From: Escherichia phage KEP4
Sequence record: PP047754
Strand: one strand, 5' to 3'
Length of the DNA: 64,000 nucleotides
Both the position numbers and the translations under genes were made by a program. Shown one piece after another: positions 27,466 through 36,220 of the stretch. Below the pieces are notes generated by a model. That model did no database searches, was not told the origin of the DNA, and saw only the letters and a list, made by a program, of their open reading frames with translations. Each line of letters begins with the position of its first letter. The first letter of the stretch is position 1.

Positions 27466-27478
27466 TTCTATAAACTCC

Positions 27479-27506
27479 GGCGGGGTATGATTACCCCGCC
27501 TATTTG
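27479..27506 (+). terminator. rho-independent terminator
   Basis: ggcggggta-tgat-taccccgcc hairpin followed by T-rich run. Confidence 0.55.
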
Positions 27507-27549
27507 AAATTGCAGGAACTTATATCATGATCTCTGTCGAGGGTATAAT

Positions 27550-27837
27550 ATGACAAAGGAACAAGAACTCGCTTTGTTCTCTATGGTTCGCAGTAATGTT
27601 AAATTGAGTTTTAGACAAGTGGACTCCATTATTGATCTTATGAAAATTAAGAATTCCATAGATAACGATCATTTGCGCACCGCTCTTTTGGGATTGTTGG
27701 AATTCGTTTTGCGCGGATCTGATCTTGGACCAGTGAATGATATTGACGACCTGACCAAATTGTTAAACACTGGCGGTGATGGTTTCGATACCGCTCGTAT
27801 TCTGATTAACTGTGGTCCTAACAAAGAAGAGGTATGA
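27550..27837 (+). CDS. hypothetical protein, 95 aa
   Basis: ORF with ATG start. Confidence 0.4.
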   Translation: MTKEQELALFSMVRSNVKLSFRQVDSIIDLMKIKNSIDNDHLRTALLGLLEFVLRGSDLGPVNDIDDLTKLLNTGGDGFDTARILINCGPNKEEV

Positions 27838-28029
27838 TGTGGACAAAGATTTGGTTTGGGAAATCGTGAAAGGTATCCTGGTAATAATTGCTGTGGTCTT
27901 TATCCTAGGAGGAAACTTCTTCTATTGGTTATTGCGGTATGAAGAGAAGCGTCGAGAGCGGAAAGAACAGAAGAGAAAAGATCGATGGATGAACTAACTA
28001 AGGGATAACCCTATATCCCGAGGTGTGTC

Positions 28030-28479
28030 ATGTTTCTTACATCCTTTATTGACTGGATGAATATCATAAATGGCCTGAGGATTCCTGTTGGGAATCTTGG
28101 GCTTTCTCGTTCTTCTATGCCGCAAATCGATACCGACAAACAAGAAGATTTTCACAAATATCTTGAAGACAACGGCGTGTCCATAGATGCTGCGCAAGTG
28201 CCCATCAAAATGCTTCGTCTTACCCAGAACGAAATCAATAAAATGAAGGTCTGGAAGATCATGAAGCAAATCAGAAATAAGAAACCTATGGGTAGAGTTT
28301 GGGTGTCTTCTGACAATTACGTTGTTGACGGTTCTCACCGATTTGTCGCTGCGTTGAACATGGATGGTAAACAGCGCATGAAGGTCTACAAAGTTGATTT
28401 GCCTGCGATGGAATTCGTAAAACTCGCCAAACAATTTCATGGTGTGCGGTACAGAACGGTCAGCGATACCCGTTTCTGA
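28030..28479 (+). CDS. ParB-like nuclease domain protein, 149 aa
   Basis: VVDGSHRFVAA resembles the ParB/Srx DGxHR box; GAGGTG RBS. Confidence 0.45.
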   Translation: MFLTSFIDWMNIINGLRIPVGNLGLSRSSMPQIDTDKQEDFHKYLEDNGVSIDAAQVPIKMLRLTQNEINKMKVWKIMKQIRNKKPMGRVWVSSDNYVVDGSHRFVAALNMDGKQRMKVYKVDLPAMEFVKLAKQFHGVRYRTVSDTRF

Positions 28480-28558
28480 ATACGATAGTTTATTGAAACC
28501 CTTTACTCAACATGGTGAGTCGACTATCATTTTATCCAATGAAATAAGGAGAATCACC

Positions 28559-29248
28559 ATGAAACGTTTAATCCTCGGGGTTGTGCTGGCAGGTCTGGCA
28601 TTACCCGCCGCCGCCAAGCTGAACTCCACAGGTGACAAACTGTGGTCTGATCTTTCCTACTGTGCTGGGTTCTCCCAGGCGGTCGCTATCGACAAGTCCG
28701 GTTCCATAGAGAATTTCGCTGAACTTTGGAACACGGGTAACGTCTCCACTGCTGTTGTTAATGCTGGGATTGAGTTCAACCGTTACAAACAGGGAGCCTA
28801 CAACTTGAAAGGCTACCTGAATGACGATGAATTTAACCGAGGAGGCATGGAGGCTGGCGATCTCATCATGACTGGCCGTATGGGCACACAAGGCCGTATG
28901 ACTGTAAGGCAATGCCGTTCTCTCCCCTCTCCGGCATTACAGAAGGGTGTGCAAATCGGGCGTCGACATTTGGATCTGATCAATGATGGCAACCAATGCA
29001 TCAAGGTGTTTGAATATAGTGCCGACCAAGAATCAGATCGACGTTTGAAAAAGGAATGGCGGACACGTGCCCTTGGATTGAGAGCATGGCTCGTAGAAAA
29101 CGATTATTACTACGAGGATCGTGTTCAGAACGGATTGAAAGATCTTTCTACTAATTTGTCTGTCAATCTAGACGACCCAAGGCTTTCGCGTGAACTCAAG
29201 CAAACACGGATTGACTGCGACAATATGATGAAGGAGAACGAAAGATGA
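28559..29248 (+). CDS. secreted/periplasmic protein with signal peptide, 229 aa
   Basis: AAGGAGA RBS; N-terminus MKRLILGVVLAGLALPAAAK is a classic Sec signal peptide. Confidence 0.55.
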   Translation: MKRLILGVVLAGLALPAAAKLNSTGDKLWSDLSYCAGFSQAVAIDKSGSIENFAELWNTGNVSTAVVNAGIEFNRYKQGAYNLKGYLNDDEFNRGGMEAGDLIMTGRMGTQGRMTVRQCRSLPSPALQKGVQIGRRHLDLINDGNQCIKVFEYSADQESDRRLKKEWRTRALGLRAWLVENDYYYEDRVQNGLKDLSTNLSVNLDDPRLSRELKQTRIDCDNMMKENER

Positions 29249-29565
29249 GAAACATAATATTCTTGTTATTCTTTTCTATGTTGGCATCATTCCAAGTTGT
29301 GGCAACTCCGGCTAGCAAATTGAATATCTGTGCGGCCTGGTTGTCTACTTATCAACAATTTCACCCTGATGATAAAGATACATCCATCCTTTTATCAGAT
29401 TATGAAGGTGAGTTGAAACGCCTTGATCTCTACAGCGTGGATCAAATAGAGAATGCTTTGGATTTGCCAATGATGGAGTCCGCTGCCGACAATAGCAAAC
29501 AGACGATCAAAGATCTGACTATGTGTCGGGAAATAGCGACTAATTTCGTTGGAAATCAAAGATAA
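29245..29565 (+). CDS. small secreted/periplasmic protein with signal peptide, 106 aa
   Basis: Overlaps previous gene by ATGA; N-terminus MRNIIFLLFFSMLASFQVVA. Confidence 0.5.
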   Translation: MRNIIFLLFFSMLASFQVVATPASKLNICAAWLSTYQQFHPDDKDTSILLSDYEGELKRLDLYSVDQIENALDLPMMESAADNSKQTIKDLTMCREIATNFVGNQR

Positions 29566-29615
29566 TTTTCAGGTTAAAATTTAACTTCCATTGAACTGAA
29601 AGGAAATACTTCGTG

Positions 29616-30578
29616 ATGATTATTACTAAAAAGATCGCCGAATCGATCGTTGAAAAGAATAAGATGTTCGCGCCCAACAAAGCAAAGGTCATTCTGATTC
29701 ACGAAGACGGGCGCGTCATCTTCGCTGAGAAGTTTGAGCAGGGTTGTGCTTTCTGGTTCGCAGATACTATGCGCGAAAGCAAGCTGCAGGGCATCATCTA
29801 TAAATTGACTCTGGTTGCCAAGCGCAATGATCAGGGTGATTGGGTTACGGTCTGCGATTTCAGCTCTAAAGTTGAAACTAAACCCAAAACCCGCCAAGAA
29901 AGGATTTTAGAGGCTCAGGAAAAACTTCGAGTCGCTCGCACATCATCCGCGGAGAAGCCGGAAATCAAACCAGCCGTTATGCCTGTCACCAAACTGCCTC
30001 CAGTGAGTGAAAAATCTGTTGAGCAGTACGCCGAGAAGCGCAAGGGTGACGGCATGTCTGTTTCTAAGATGTGTAAGATTGTTGAGCCTTTTAAGGGCGA
30101 TTCTCCACATGAGCCGAATCCAGTATCTGAATCCCAGCGTTTGGTGAAACTGGAAGACGGCCATGTTGTGGAGAAGTCTGTTTTGACAGTAGAACCGTTC
30201 TTTCCAGATACAGCAAAAGTCAAATCGCTGGCTGAAAAAGTTCACGGTTCAGAATTCATCTCCCTGCGCGAACTCGAACCACCTACCCGCCGCCGGATCG
30301 CAAATGAGTTATTTGTGTCTTTCAGACCTGACGGGAAGATCATCCTGTGTAAAGCCCTGCGGGATTCTCTACCTTGGACAACCTTGAACATGGTAGTGAC
30401 ACGCGACTTCAATAGATTCGGTATCATGCAAGGCAAGGATTACAACGTTAACCAGAGCGGCACTTACGTCAATCGTGCCATGTGTTCCAAGTTGGTCTTC
30501 CCTGAAGATACCGGAACCATACGTGTTCGTTTAGAATGGGATGAAACCCTGAACATGTATGTTGGTGATATAAAATAA
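29616..30578 (+). CDS. hypothetical protein, 320 aa
   Basis: AAAGGAAA RBS; ATG 29616 (GTG 29613 also possible). Confidence 0.5.
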   Translation: MIITKKIAESIVEKNKMFAPNKAKVILIHEDGRVIFAEKFEQGCAFWFADTMRESKLQGIIYKLTLVAKRNDQGDWVTVCDFSSKVETKPKTRQERILEAQEKLRVARTSSAEKPEIKPAVMPVTKLPPVSEKSVEQYAEKRKGDGMSVSKMCKIVEPFKGDSPHEPNPVSESQRLVKLEDGHVVEKSVLTVEPFFPDTAKVKSLAEKVHGSEFISLRELEPPTRRRIANELFVSFRPDGKIILCKALRDSLPWTTLNMVVTRDFNRFGIMQGKDYNVNQSGTYVNRAMCSKLVFPEDTGTIRVRLEWDETLNMYVGDIK

Positions 30579-30590
30579 TTCAATAACATT

Positions 30591-30620
30591 AAGGCGGTTA
30601 TTATTAAACCGCCTTTTATT
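30591..30620 (+). terminator. rho-independent terminator
   Basis: ggcggtt-attatta-aaccgcc hairpin followed by TTTTATTT. Confidence 0.6.
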
Positions 30621-30635
30621 TGAGAGATCTATATT

Positions 30636-31304
30636 ATGAATAAGAAGAGTCGTATCATCATCGGCGCGGATCAGGGAAATCTGTATTTTGATACAACTGG
30701 TGCTATCGCCCACGCCATCCTTCCAACAGGTATTTCTGTTTATTGCGTCGAACATCCAGATCCAGCGATCAAACGACTTTGTTACATCCATCGTGAAAAG
30801 GGATTGATCGTATTACCAGAAGGCGCAATTATGCGCGCTCGTTTTTGGCCGATTGATTTTAATTCCATGAGCAATAGGGAGATCGACGCCCGTTTCTTCG
30901 CATATAATATGAACCGGACTCTAAAAAATGAAACTCAGAGAGTTGTTCATTTCGACAATGAAACTCATGGAGTGACGTTAGAATTCAGAATTCGTGGTGA
31001 AGCTATTCAGGTGAAGAAATCAAGCTGGAAAACTGAAGGGACGTTCACATATGATTATGCGTTAATCGACAAATTGTGCAATCAGTTTCGCATTAGTCTG
31101 ACTGCCAACGACGATTTAGGTCAGTATGTTGTATGGACAGCCCGTTCACCACATATGAACGGTATCATGATGGAGAGTGAAACTCGTAATCGCGCTGTGC
31201 TCCAACTGCTGCTGTTAGACGCGTATTCTCGCAACCCGTTGGAATATCTGTCTCGGGAACAGATTGATAACGCGCTTTCTCATTGTAACCGTCTGGAGGT
31301 GTAA
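30636..31304 (+). CDS. hypothetical protein, 222 aa
   Basis: ORF with ATG start. Confidence 0.5.
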   Translation: MNKKSRIIIGADQGNLYFDTTGAIAHAILPTGISVYCVEHPDPAIKRLCYIHREKGLIVLPEGAIMRARFWPIDFNSMSNREIDARFFAYNMNRTLKNETQRVVHFDNETHGVTLEFRIRGEAIQVKKSSWKTEGTFTYDYALIDKLCNQFRISLTANDDLGQYVVWTARSPHMNGIMMESETRNRAVLQLLLLDAYSRNPLEYLSREQIDNALSHCNRLEV

Positions 31305-31305
31305 T

Positions 31306-31593
31306 ATGTCCGGCGTATGGTGTGATGTATTATTAGTGAGATTTTCAAATGGGATGGATAACCAGATTATTTCATTCTTTTATCCTGTTCCCTTTTCTTC
31401 TATGGGTCTGACTGTCAAGCGCGTTCTTGACATAGAAGAAAACCTCAACGCTATGCCGTATATGGCGCGACCACACGTGCTGGGTTGTGAACTGTTAAAC
31501 GAAATGATGATTGATGAGAATCTTGTTGAAACAATTATCACGCGTGAACAGATGAAAACCATACTGGCTCAGGGAGAACCCCATGTCGAATAA
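31306..31593 (+). CDS. hypothetical protein, 95 aa
   Basis: ATG after GGAGGTG; ORF-track start 31264 is an alternative codon. Confidence 0.4.
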   Translation: MSGVWCDVLLVRFSNGMDNQIISFFYPVPFSSMGLTVKRVLDIEENLNAMPYMARPHVLGCELLNEMMIDENLVETIITREQMKTILAQGEPHVE

Positions 31594-31903
31594 ACCGTTT
31601 GAACTTAAATTTCGCGTTTGGCATATTCCCCAGGTTCCTGGGATCGCTTTTCATGTTGAGGTTCCAACATTTGAAGAAGCGCAGCGCCTGAAGAATGCTC
31701 TGGGTGATTATGATTTGTTCCAGTTCAACAACAATATCAAGCCGGATTATTGCAATGCTTCGGGCATTCAGATTTATCAACATGATCTGACCGATGATGA
31801 TCTTAATGATATGGGTCTGGATGATCGTTGGGTTGATATGGAAGATGTTGACGAACTCAACGATTATTTCGAGCATCTGCGCAGTACAGGGTGGGAAATA
31901 TGA
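31583..31903 (+). CDS. small acidic protein, 106 aa (DNA-mimic-like composition)
   Basis: AGGGAGAA RBS; C-terminal half very Asp/Glu-rich (DLTDDDLNDMGLDDRWVDMEDVDELNDYFEHL). Confidence 0.45.
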   Translation: MSNKPFELKFRVWHIPQVPGIAFHVEVPTFEEAQRLKNALGDYDLFQFNNNIKPDYCNASGIQIYQHDLTDDDLNDMGLDDRWVDMEDVDELNDYFEHLRSTGWEI

Positions 31904-32208
31904 TTTCAAAATATATTGTAAAGCCTGGGGATACTCTGTCCAGGATCGCTCTAAAATTATATGGTGATGCCCAACAGTATATCAAATTAGCCAGATTCAA
32001 CAATATCCAAAACCCAGGCCATATCACGGTTGGTCAGATTATTTGTTTACCCACACCTGTCGAAGACAAAGAACACATTATGATTCCGGTTCAACCGACT
32101 CAGAAGTGTTTGGATGCGATAGCTGGTTTATTTCGGCCAGGTTTTTGTGATGGAACTATTGAACGTCACATTTATCAAGCGATTGTGGAAAACGCAGGTG
32201 TAAAATGA
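31900..32208 (+). CDS. LysM domain protein, 102 aa
   Basis: YIVKPGDTLSRIALKLYGDAQQYIKLARFNNIQNPGHITVGQIICLP matches the LysM peptidoglycan-binding motif. Confidence 0.6.
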   Translation: MISKYIVKPGDTLSRIALKLYGDAQQYIKLARFNNIQNPGHITVGQIICLPTPVEDKEHIMIPVQPTQKCLDAIAGLFRPGFCDGTIERHIYQAIVENAGVK

Positions 32209-32414
32209 TCGGATTAATTCGTTACCTGTTCATATTCGTAATTTCAACATTCATTTTATTTTTCTTTTTCAAATACTTGAAAGAGACTAAAATCTACCGA
32301 AGTAAACGTTGGCGCAAACGGGTGAGGGTAACTTTCCTGCTGCTGATTTCTTCGGTTACAATAACCGCACTCACATTGGGTGCATATATCTACATTTTTG
32401 AAGGGGTACATTGA
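32205..32414 (+). CDS. small membrane protein with two predicted TM helices, 69 aa
   Basis: Hydrophobic segments LFIFVISTFILFFFF and VTFLLLISSVTITALTLGAYIYIF separated by a basic loop; start and stop overlap both neighbours. Confidence 0.45.
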   Translation: MIGLIRYLFIFVISTFILFFFFKYLKETKIYRSKRWRKRVRVTFLLLISSVTITALTLGAYIYIFEGVH

Positions 32415-33205
32415 TGTTCAAGAAATTGGTGTTCGGTGCAATTATGGTTCTGGCTGCAAGTCTACTTTCTGGTTGTGGCGGCGTTATCGATGAAGGTAAT
32501 GTCGGCGTTCGCACCCAATGGGGTGAAGTAGACATGAACCCTGTAACAGCGGGGATCTACACCAGCTTTGTTTCAAGCGTGGATGTTTACACGACCAAAG
32601 AAGCCGTTGTGAGTCTGACTAAAATGACGCCAAAGGCCAAAGACAACCTGACTCTGGAAGACTTGGATGTGGATGTTTATTACACACCCAATGTCGCAAA
32701 GGTTCCGTGGTTCCATACCAAATTTGCTGGCCAGAGCGCCGAACTCGATGATGGCACGATAGCGGTGGGTTTCAATCTAGTTAAAACTGCTGCAGCATCT
32801 TCTTCGATGGACGCCGTTTCTTCTCTTGATTCTATGACAATTCACACCCAACGTGCTGAATTAGAGAAGATGATTAAAGACCGCACTCAGCAACAATTAG
32901 AGACTGCTGCGCCTGGCATGTTCACAATCACACGCGTGTTGGTCAAAAAGGCGCTGACGGATCCTTCTATTGAGCAGTCTATCCGTGATAATGTTATGGC
33001 GGACAAACGATTGGATACGGCAAGAAAGAACGTTGAAATTCGCGAGCAAGAAGCCCAAGCGAACCAGAAACTGACCACTTCGCTGACGCCTGAATATCTT
33101 CAACATGAATATAACATGGTATTACAATCATGTGCCAATAGTGGAAAATGTACTCTGATCGTTGACGGATCCGGCTCAGGTAAAATGCTGAACGTCGGCA
33201 AATAA
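32414..33205 (+). CDS. SPFH/band-7 (HflK/C-, stomatin-like) lipoprotein, 263 aa
   Basis: Lipoprotein signal MFKKLVFGAIMVLAASLLSGC (lipobox LSGC), then GNVGVRTQWGEV SPFH-type N-terminal motif and coiled-coil region. Confidence 0.5.
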   Translation: MFKKLVFGAIMVLAASLLSGCGGVIDEGNVGVRTQWGEVDMNPVTAGIYTSFVSSVDVYTTKEAVVSLTKMTPKAKDNLTLEDLDVDVYYTPNVAKVPWFHTKFAGQSAELDDGTIAVGFNLVKTAAASSSMDAVSSLDSMTIHTQRAELEKMIKDRTQQQLETAAPGMFTITRVLVKKALTDPSIEQSIRDNVMADKRLDTARKNVEIREQEAQANQKLTTSLTPEYLQHEYNMVLQSCANSGKCTLIVDGSGSGKMLNVGK

Positions 33206-33288
33206 ACGCTTTATTCAATAATATTTGTTAGGTAAGCTGTAGTCCTCTTGTAGTGAAACATTGTAAACAACTAACTGGAGTAATCCGA

Positions 33289-33567
33289 ATGAACCGTACT
33301 GATTTTATCGCTCACATCGCCCAGACTCAGGGTATGACCAAAGGCGAAGCAGAGAAGATCGTGGCATCCTTTATCAACGGCGTAAAAACTGCAGTCGCAG
33401 CTGGCCAATCTGTCCAATTCGTCGGCTTTGGCGCGTTTGAAGTTAAACATCAGGAAGCGCGCACTGGCCGCAACCCGCTGAACGGGCAAGCGATTCAGAT
33501 CGAAGCGAAAAATGTTGTTAAATTCAAAGTCGGTGAAGGTCTGAAAGCTGCTGCCAACGGCCAGTAA
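33289..33567 (+). CDS. HU/IHF-family histone-like DNA-binding protein
   Basis: 92 aa; VQFVGFGAFEVKHQEARTGRNPLNGQAIQIEAKNVVKFKVG matches the HU signature GFGxF...R.GRNP.TG. Confidence 0.85.
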   Translation: MNRTDFIAHIAQTQGMTKGEAEKIVASFINGVKTAVAAGQSVQFVGFGAFEVKHQEARTGRNPLNGQAIQIEAKNVVKFKVGEGLKAAANGQ

Positions 33568-33615
33568 TCACATCCAGAGCGGTCGTGCCTAGCACAGCGT
33601 GTTAGGCTAAAAGAG

Positions 33616-33645
33616 AAAGCCGAGGTTAATGCCTCGGCTTTTTCG
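33616..33645 (+). terminator. rho-independent terminator after HU gene
   Basis: aagccgagg-ttaat-gcctcggctt hairpin followed by TTTT. Confidence 0.65.
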
Positions 33646-33692
33646 TTGTTGGAATTCGGGTAAACTATAACAGAACCCAAAGGAGGAACAAC

Positions 33693-35414
33693 GTGACAGC
33701 ATTTAATCAATACCGAAAGGCGATTGACGCCATAGGCCGTAAGGTTCCTATAGAAGAAATACAAAGCCTTGCCAAAAACGAATTTCCATATGACAAGGCG
33801 AACCAAGGCCAGATGGAATGTATCGTCGAAGCCGTTGATGCCTTGGTCAACAAAAAGGTCAAACACGTGATCATTGAAGCCCCAACTGGCGTGGGGAAAT
33901 CTTTGATTGGGACAACAATTCATAAAGTGATTCGCCATTTGGTTTTACAGGCCGATCCTTATGGGCAATTCCGCACGTCTATCAGTACGCCTACCAAAGG
34001 TCTACAAGATCAGTATGCTGCTGAAAAGGCGGTAGCGATAGACATCCTGAAAGGCAAGAAGAACTATCGTTGCCACGTACACCCAGATGTGTATTACAAC
34101 GCTGTGCAATGCCGTATAGCATGCCGCGACGGGCATTGTAGCAAACGCCGTTGTCCTTATGTACAGGCGCGTAATTTGTGGACGGATATTTCATCATTGC
34201 GTTGTACTAATGCTGCCATGATGATCGAAATGTGTACAACCATCTGCATGAAGCCCGAAAACCGTTCCGATATGCTGATCCTTGACGAGTGCCATAAAAT
34301 GCCCTCTACGCTCCTAGAGCACACGATCATGGAATACAATACAAAGGCCGTGGAGGGGCTGCGTTCTATCCCTGAGGGCAAGGAGATCGTCTCTACCATT
34401 GGTGATATCGTAGAACGTACCAAGGACTATGTCCTGGGCAAGTTATATTCTTTGTCTGGTGAACTACATTCAATGTTTGAAGACCTCCATCTCAAAGTAG
34501 AAAATTTGTTGGAAGTTCTTGAAGAATTGGTCGAAGATGATCGCTTGAGTGAAAGCCAAGTGATGAAACTCGCCGACATTATAGATGTCTTGCATAACTT
34601 GAGTGATTATTGTGGTATTATGTCACAAACCCAAGCAAGTACATTTATTGTGCAAGATAAGGGGGAAGATTTTATCCGGTTTAAACCTGTTATGCCTTCT
34701 GATGTAAGCGAATTCGGGTTATTCCGAAAAGCCGATTATCACGTTCATATGTCAGCAACGATCTGTGGTATAGATTCGTATGCTCGTTCATTGGGTATTC
34801 GACAGGGGGATTATCATTCCATTCAGATCGGCAATCCTATCCCAATTGAAAACAGAAAAGTCAACTATATGCCCATAGTGAAGATGACTAACAATATGGG
34901 CGACTATGAAATGAAAAGGTTGACGGAATATATTGATGAAATAATCGCGTTCCACCCAGGTCAGTCCGGCATTATCCATACAGTGAGTTATGATCGCGCC
35001 TTGGCAATACAAAAATTCAGCAAATATCAGAATTTTATCCATGTTCCGCGTACCCGAAAGGCGTTGATGGATATTATGGAAAATGCTTTTAGAACAAAGT
35101 CCCCATGCGTCATTGCCAGTCCGGCTATGGAAGAAGGTTATGATTTCAAAGGGGATTACAGCCGTTTCCAAATACTGATCAAAGTCCCTTATGATTATCT
35201 GGGCGATCCACTGATAGCACATATCAATTCAGTGGATCCGTCGGCATATTTCCGCAATGCAGTACTGCGCATTGTTCAAATGTGTGGACGTTCGGTCAGG
35301 GGTGTTGATGACTGGGCTGCGACATACATCATTGATTCATCCTTTGAATCTCTTATGATGCGCAACCCAGAATTCTTCCCAACCTGGTTCACCGATGCAG
35401 TGTTTGAGGTTTAA
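33693..35414 (+). CDS. DinG/Rad3(XPD)-family Fe-S helicase, 573 aa
   Basis: Walker A APTGVGKS, DECH box LILDECHKM, four-Cys cluster CHVHPDVYYNAVQCRIACRDGHCSKRRCPY; GTG start 7 nt after AGGAGG. Confidence 0.65.
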   Translation: MTAFNQYRKAIDAIGRKVPIEEIQSLAKNEFPYDKANQGQMECIVEAVDALVNKKVKHVIIEAPTGVGKSLIGTTIHKVIRHLVLQADPYGQFRTSISTPTKGLQDQYAAEKAVAIDILKGKKNYRCHVHPDVYYNAVQCRIACRDGHCSKRRCPYVQARNLWTDISSLRCTNAAMMIEMCTTICMKPENRSDMLILDECHKMPSTLLEHTIMEYNTKAVEGLRSIPEGKEIVSTIGDIVERTKDYVLGKLYSLSGELHSMFEDLHLKVENLLEVLEELVEDDRLSESQVMKLADIIDVLHNLSDYCGIMSQTQASTFIVQDKGEDFIRFKPVMPSDVSEFGLFRKADYHVHMSATICGIDSYARSLGIRQGDYHSIQIGNPIPIENRKVNYMPIVKMTNNMGDYEMKRLTEYIDEIIAFHPGQSGIIHTVSYDRALAIQKFSKYQNFIHVPRTRKALMDIMENAFRTKSPCVIASPAMEEGYDFKGDYSRFQILIKVPYDYLGDPLIAHINSVDPSAYFRNAVLRIVQMCGRSVRGVDDWAATYIIDSSFESLMMRNPEFFPTWFTDAVFEV

Positions 35415-36178
35415 TAACCCGCAATAAACGATAAATGGCACTTGATATTTGGTTCAAGTGTCGTTATCGTGATAATCATATTGTCCACATCTTGGCTGAA
35501 AGATATATTTGCGATCGGTTTGGTTTGAACATGATTATACAGGCTATAAATCAGATCTTCACCACGATAACCGATTTTGCCATCAGTGTCCTGCCAATGA
35601 CCGAGGGTAGACTCTCGAGCGTGTACTCGGAATTCGACCATATGAAACAATGCTTTTGGGATTGTCTTCAGTATGCTGGTCCCAACAACCGGAATATCAA
35701 TAGAAGAGTCGTTGGAGTTTCCTTCATAAACAGATTCCCAACCAAATGTTGGATCCCCACCAGCTACAGGAGTTCTTTTCCAGTATTGGAATTCTGGGTT
35801 TCCGGCGGAGTTCTTTTGTAGGAGTATTACTTCACCGCCTTCAAAATTGGAAGTGTCTATATCGTCCCTTGCTAATAAATCTGCCGGAGAACCAATAAAT
35901 TTCCAAGTTTCGCGATCTAAAATAGACTTATAATGATCGGTGAATACGTTACTGTCGTCAGCTGAATTAATTGCGTCTTTAAGACCTTGACCTGTGACCA
36001 TCTCATTGAGTTTGATCCACATGTTCTTAACAGCTGACGCAGCTGCGACCTGACCTTCAGTCCCACCCGCCGTGTAGTCATATACGATGTCCAGCTTTTG
36101 GATGGAGTCGTTTATGGACAAGAGCAAACGCTCAATTTCTGGGGCGGTCAGACTGAAACGATATGCGCGTTCTGACAT
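35411..36178 (-). CDS. hypothetical protein, 255 aa, reverse strand
   Basis: ATG start with GAGGAAC RBS on the - strand; convergent with the helicase gene, 4-nt overlap. Confidence 0.5.
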   Translation of the reverse strand: MSERAYRFSLTAPEIERLLLSINDSIQKLDIVYDYTAGGTEGQVAAASAVKNMWIKLNEMVTGQGLKDAINSADDSNVFTDHYKSILDRETWKFIGSPADLLARDDIDTSNFEGGEVILLQKNSAGNPEFQYWKRTPVAGGDPTFGWESVYEGNSNDSSIDIPVVGTSILKTIPKALFHMVEFRVHARESTLGHWQDTDGKIGYRGEDLIYSLYNHVQTKPIANISFSQDVDNMIITITTLEPNIKCHLSFIAGY

Positions 36179-36220
36179 GATTCGTTCCTCATCGATAAAA
36201 CCAGTTTGGGATACTTATAC

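Noticed and set aside
27812-27997. 61-aa ORF encoding a single-TM peptide with a very basic tail (holin-like)
   Set aside because: No in-frame ATG; would need a GTG start (27812 or 27839) and overlaps the preceding gene by up to 26 nt; kept only as a low-probability candidate.
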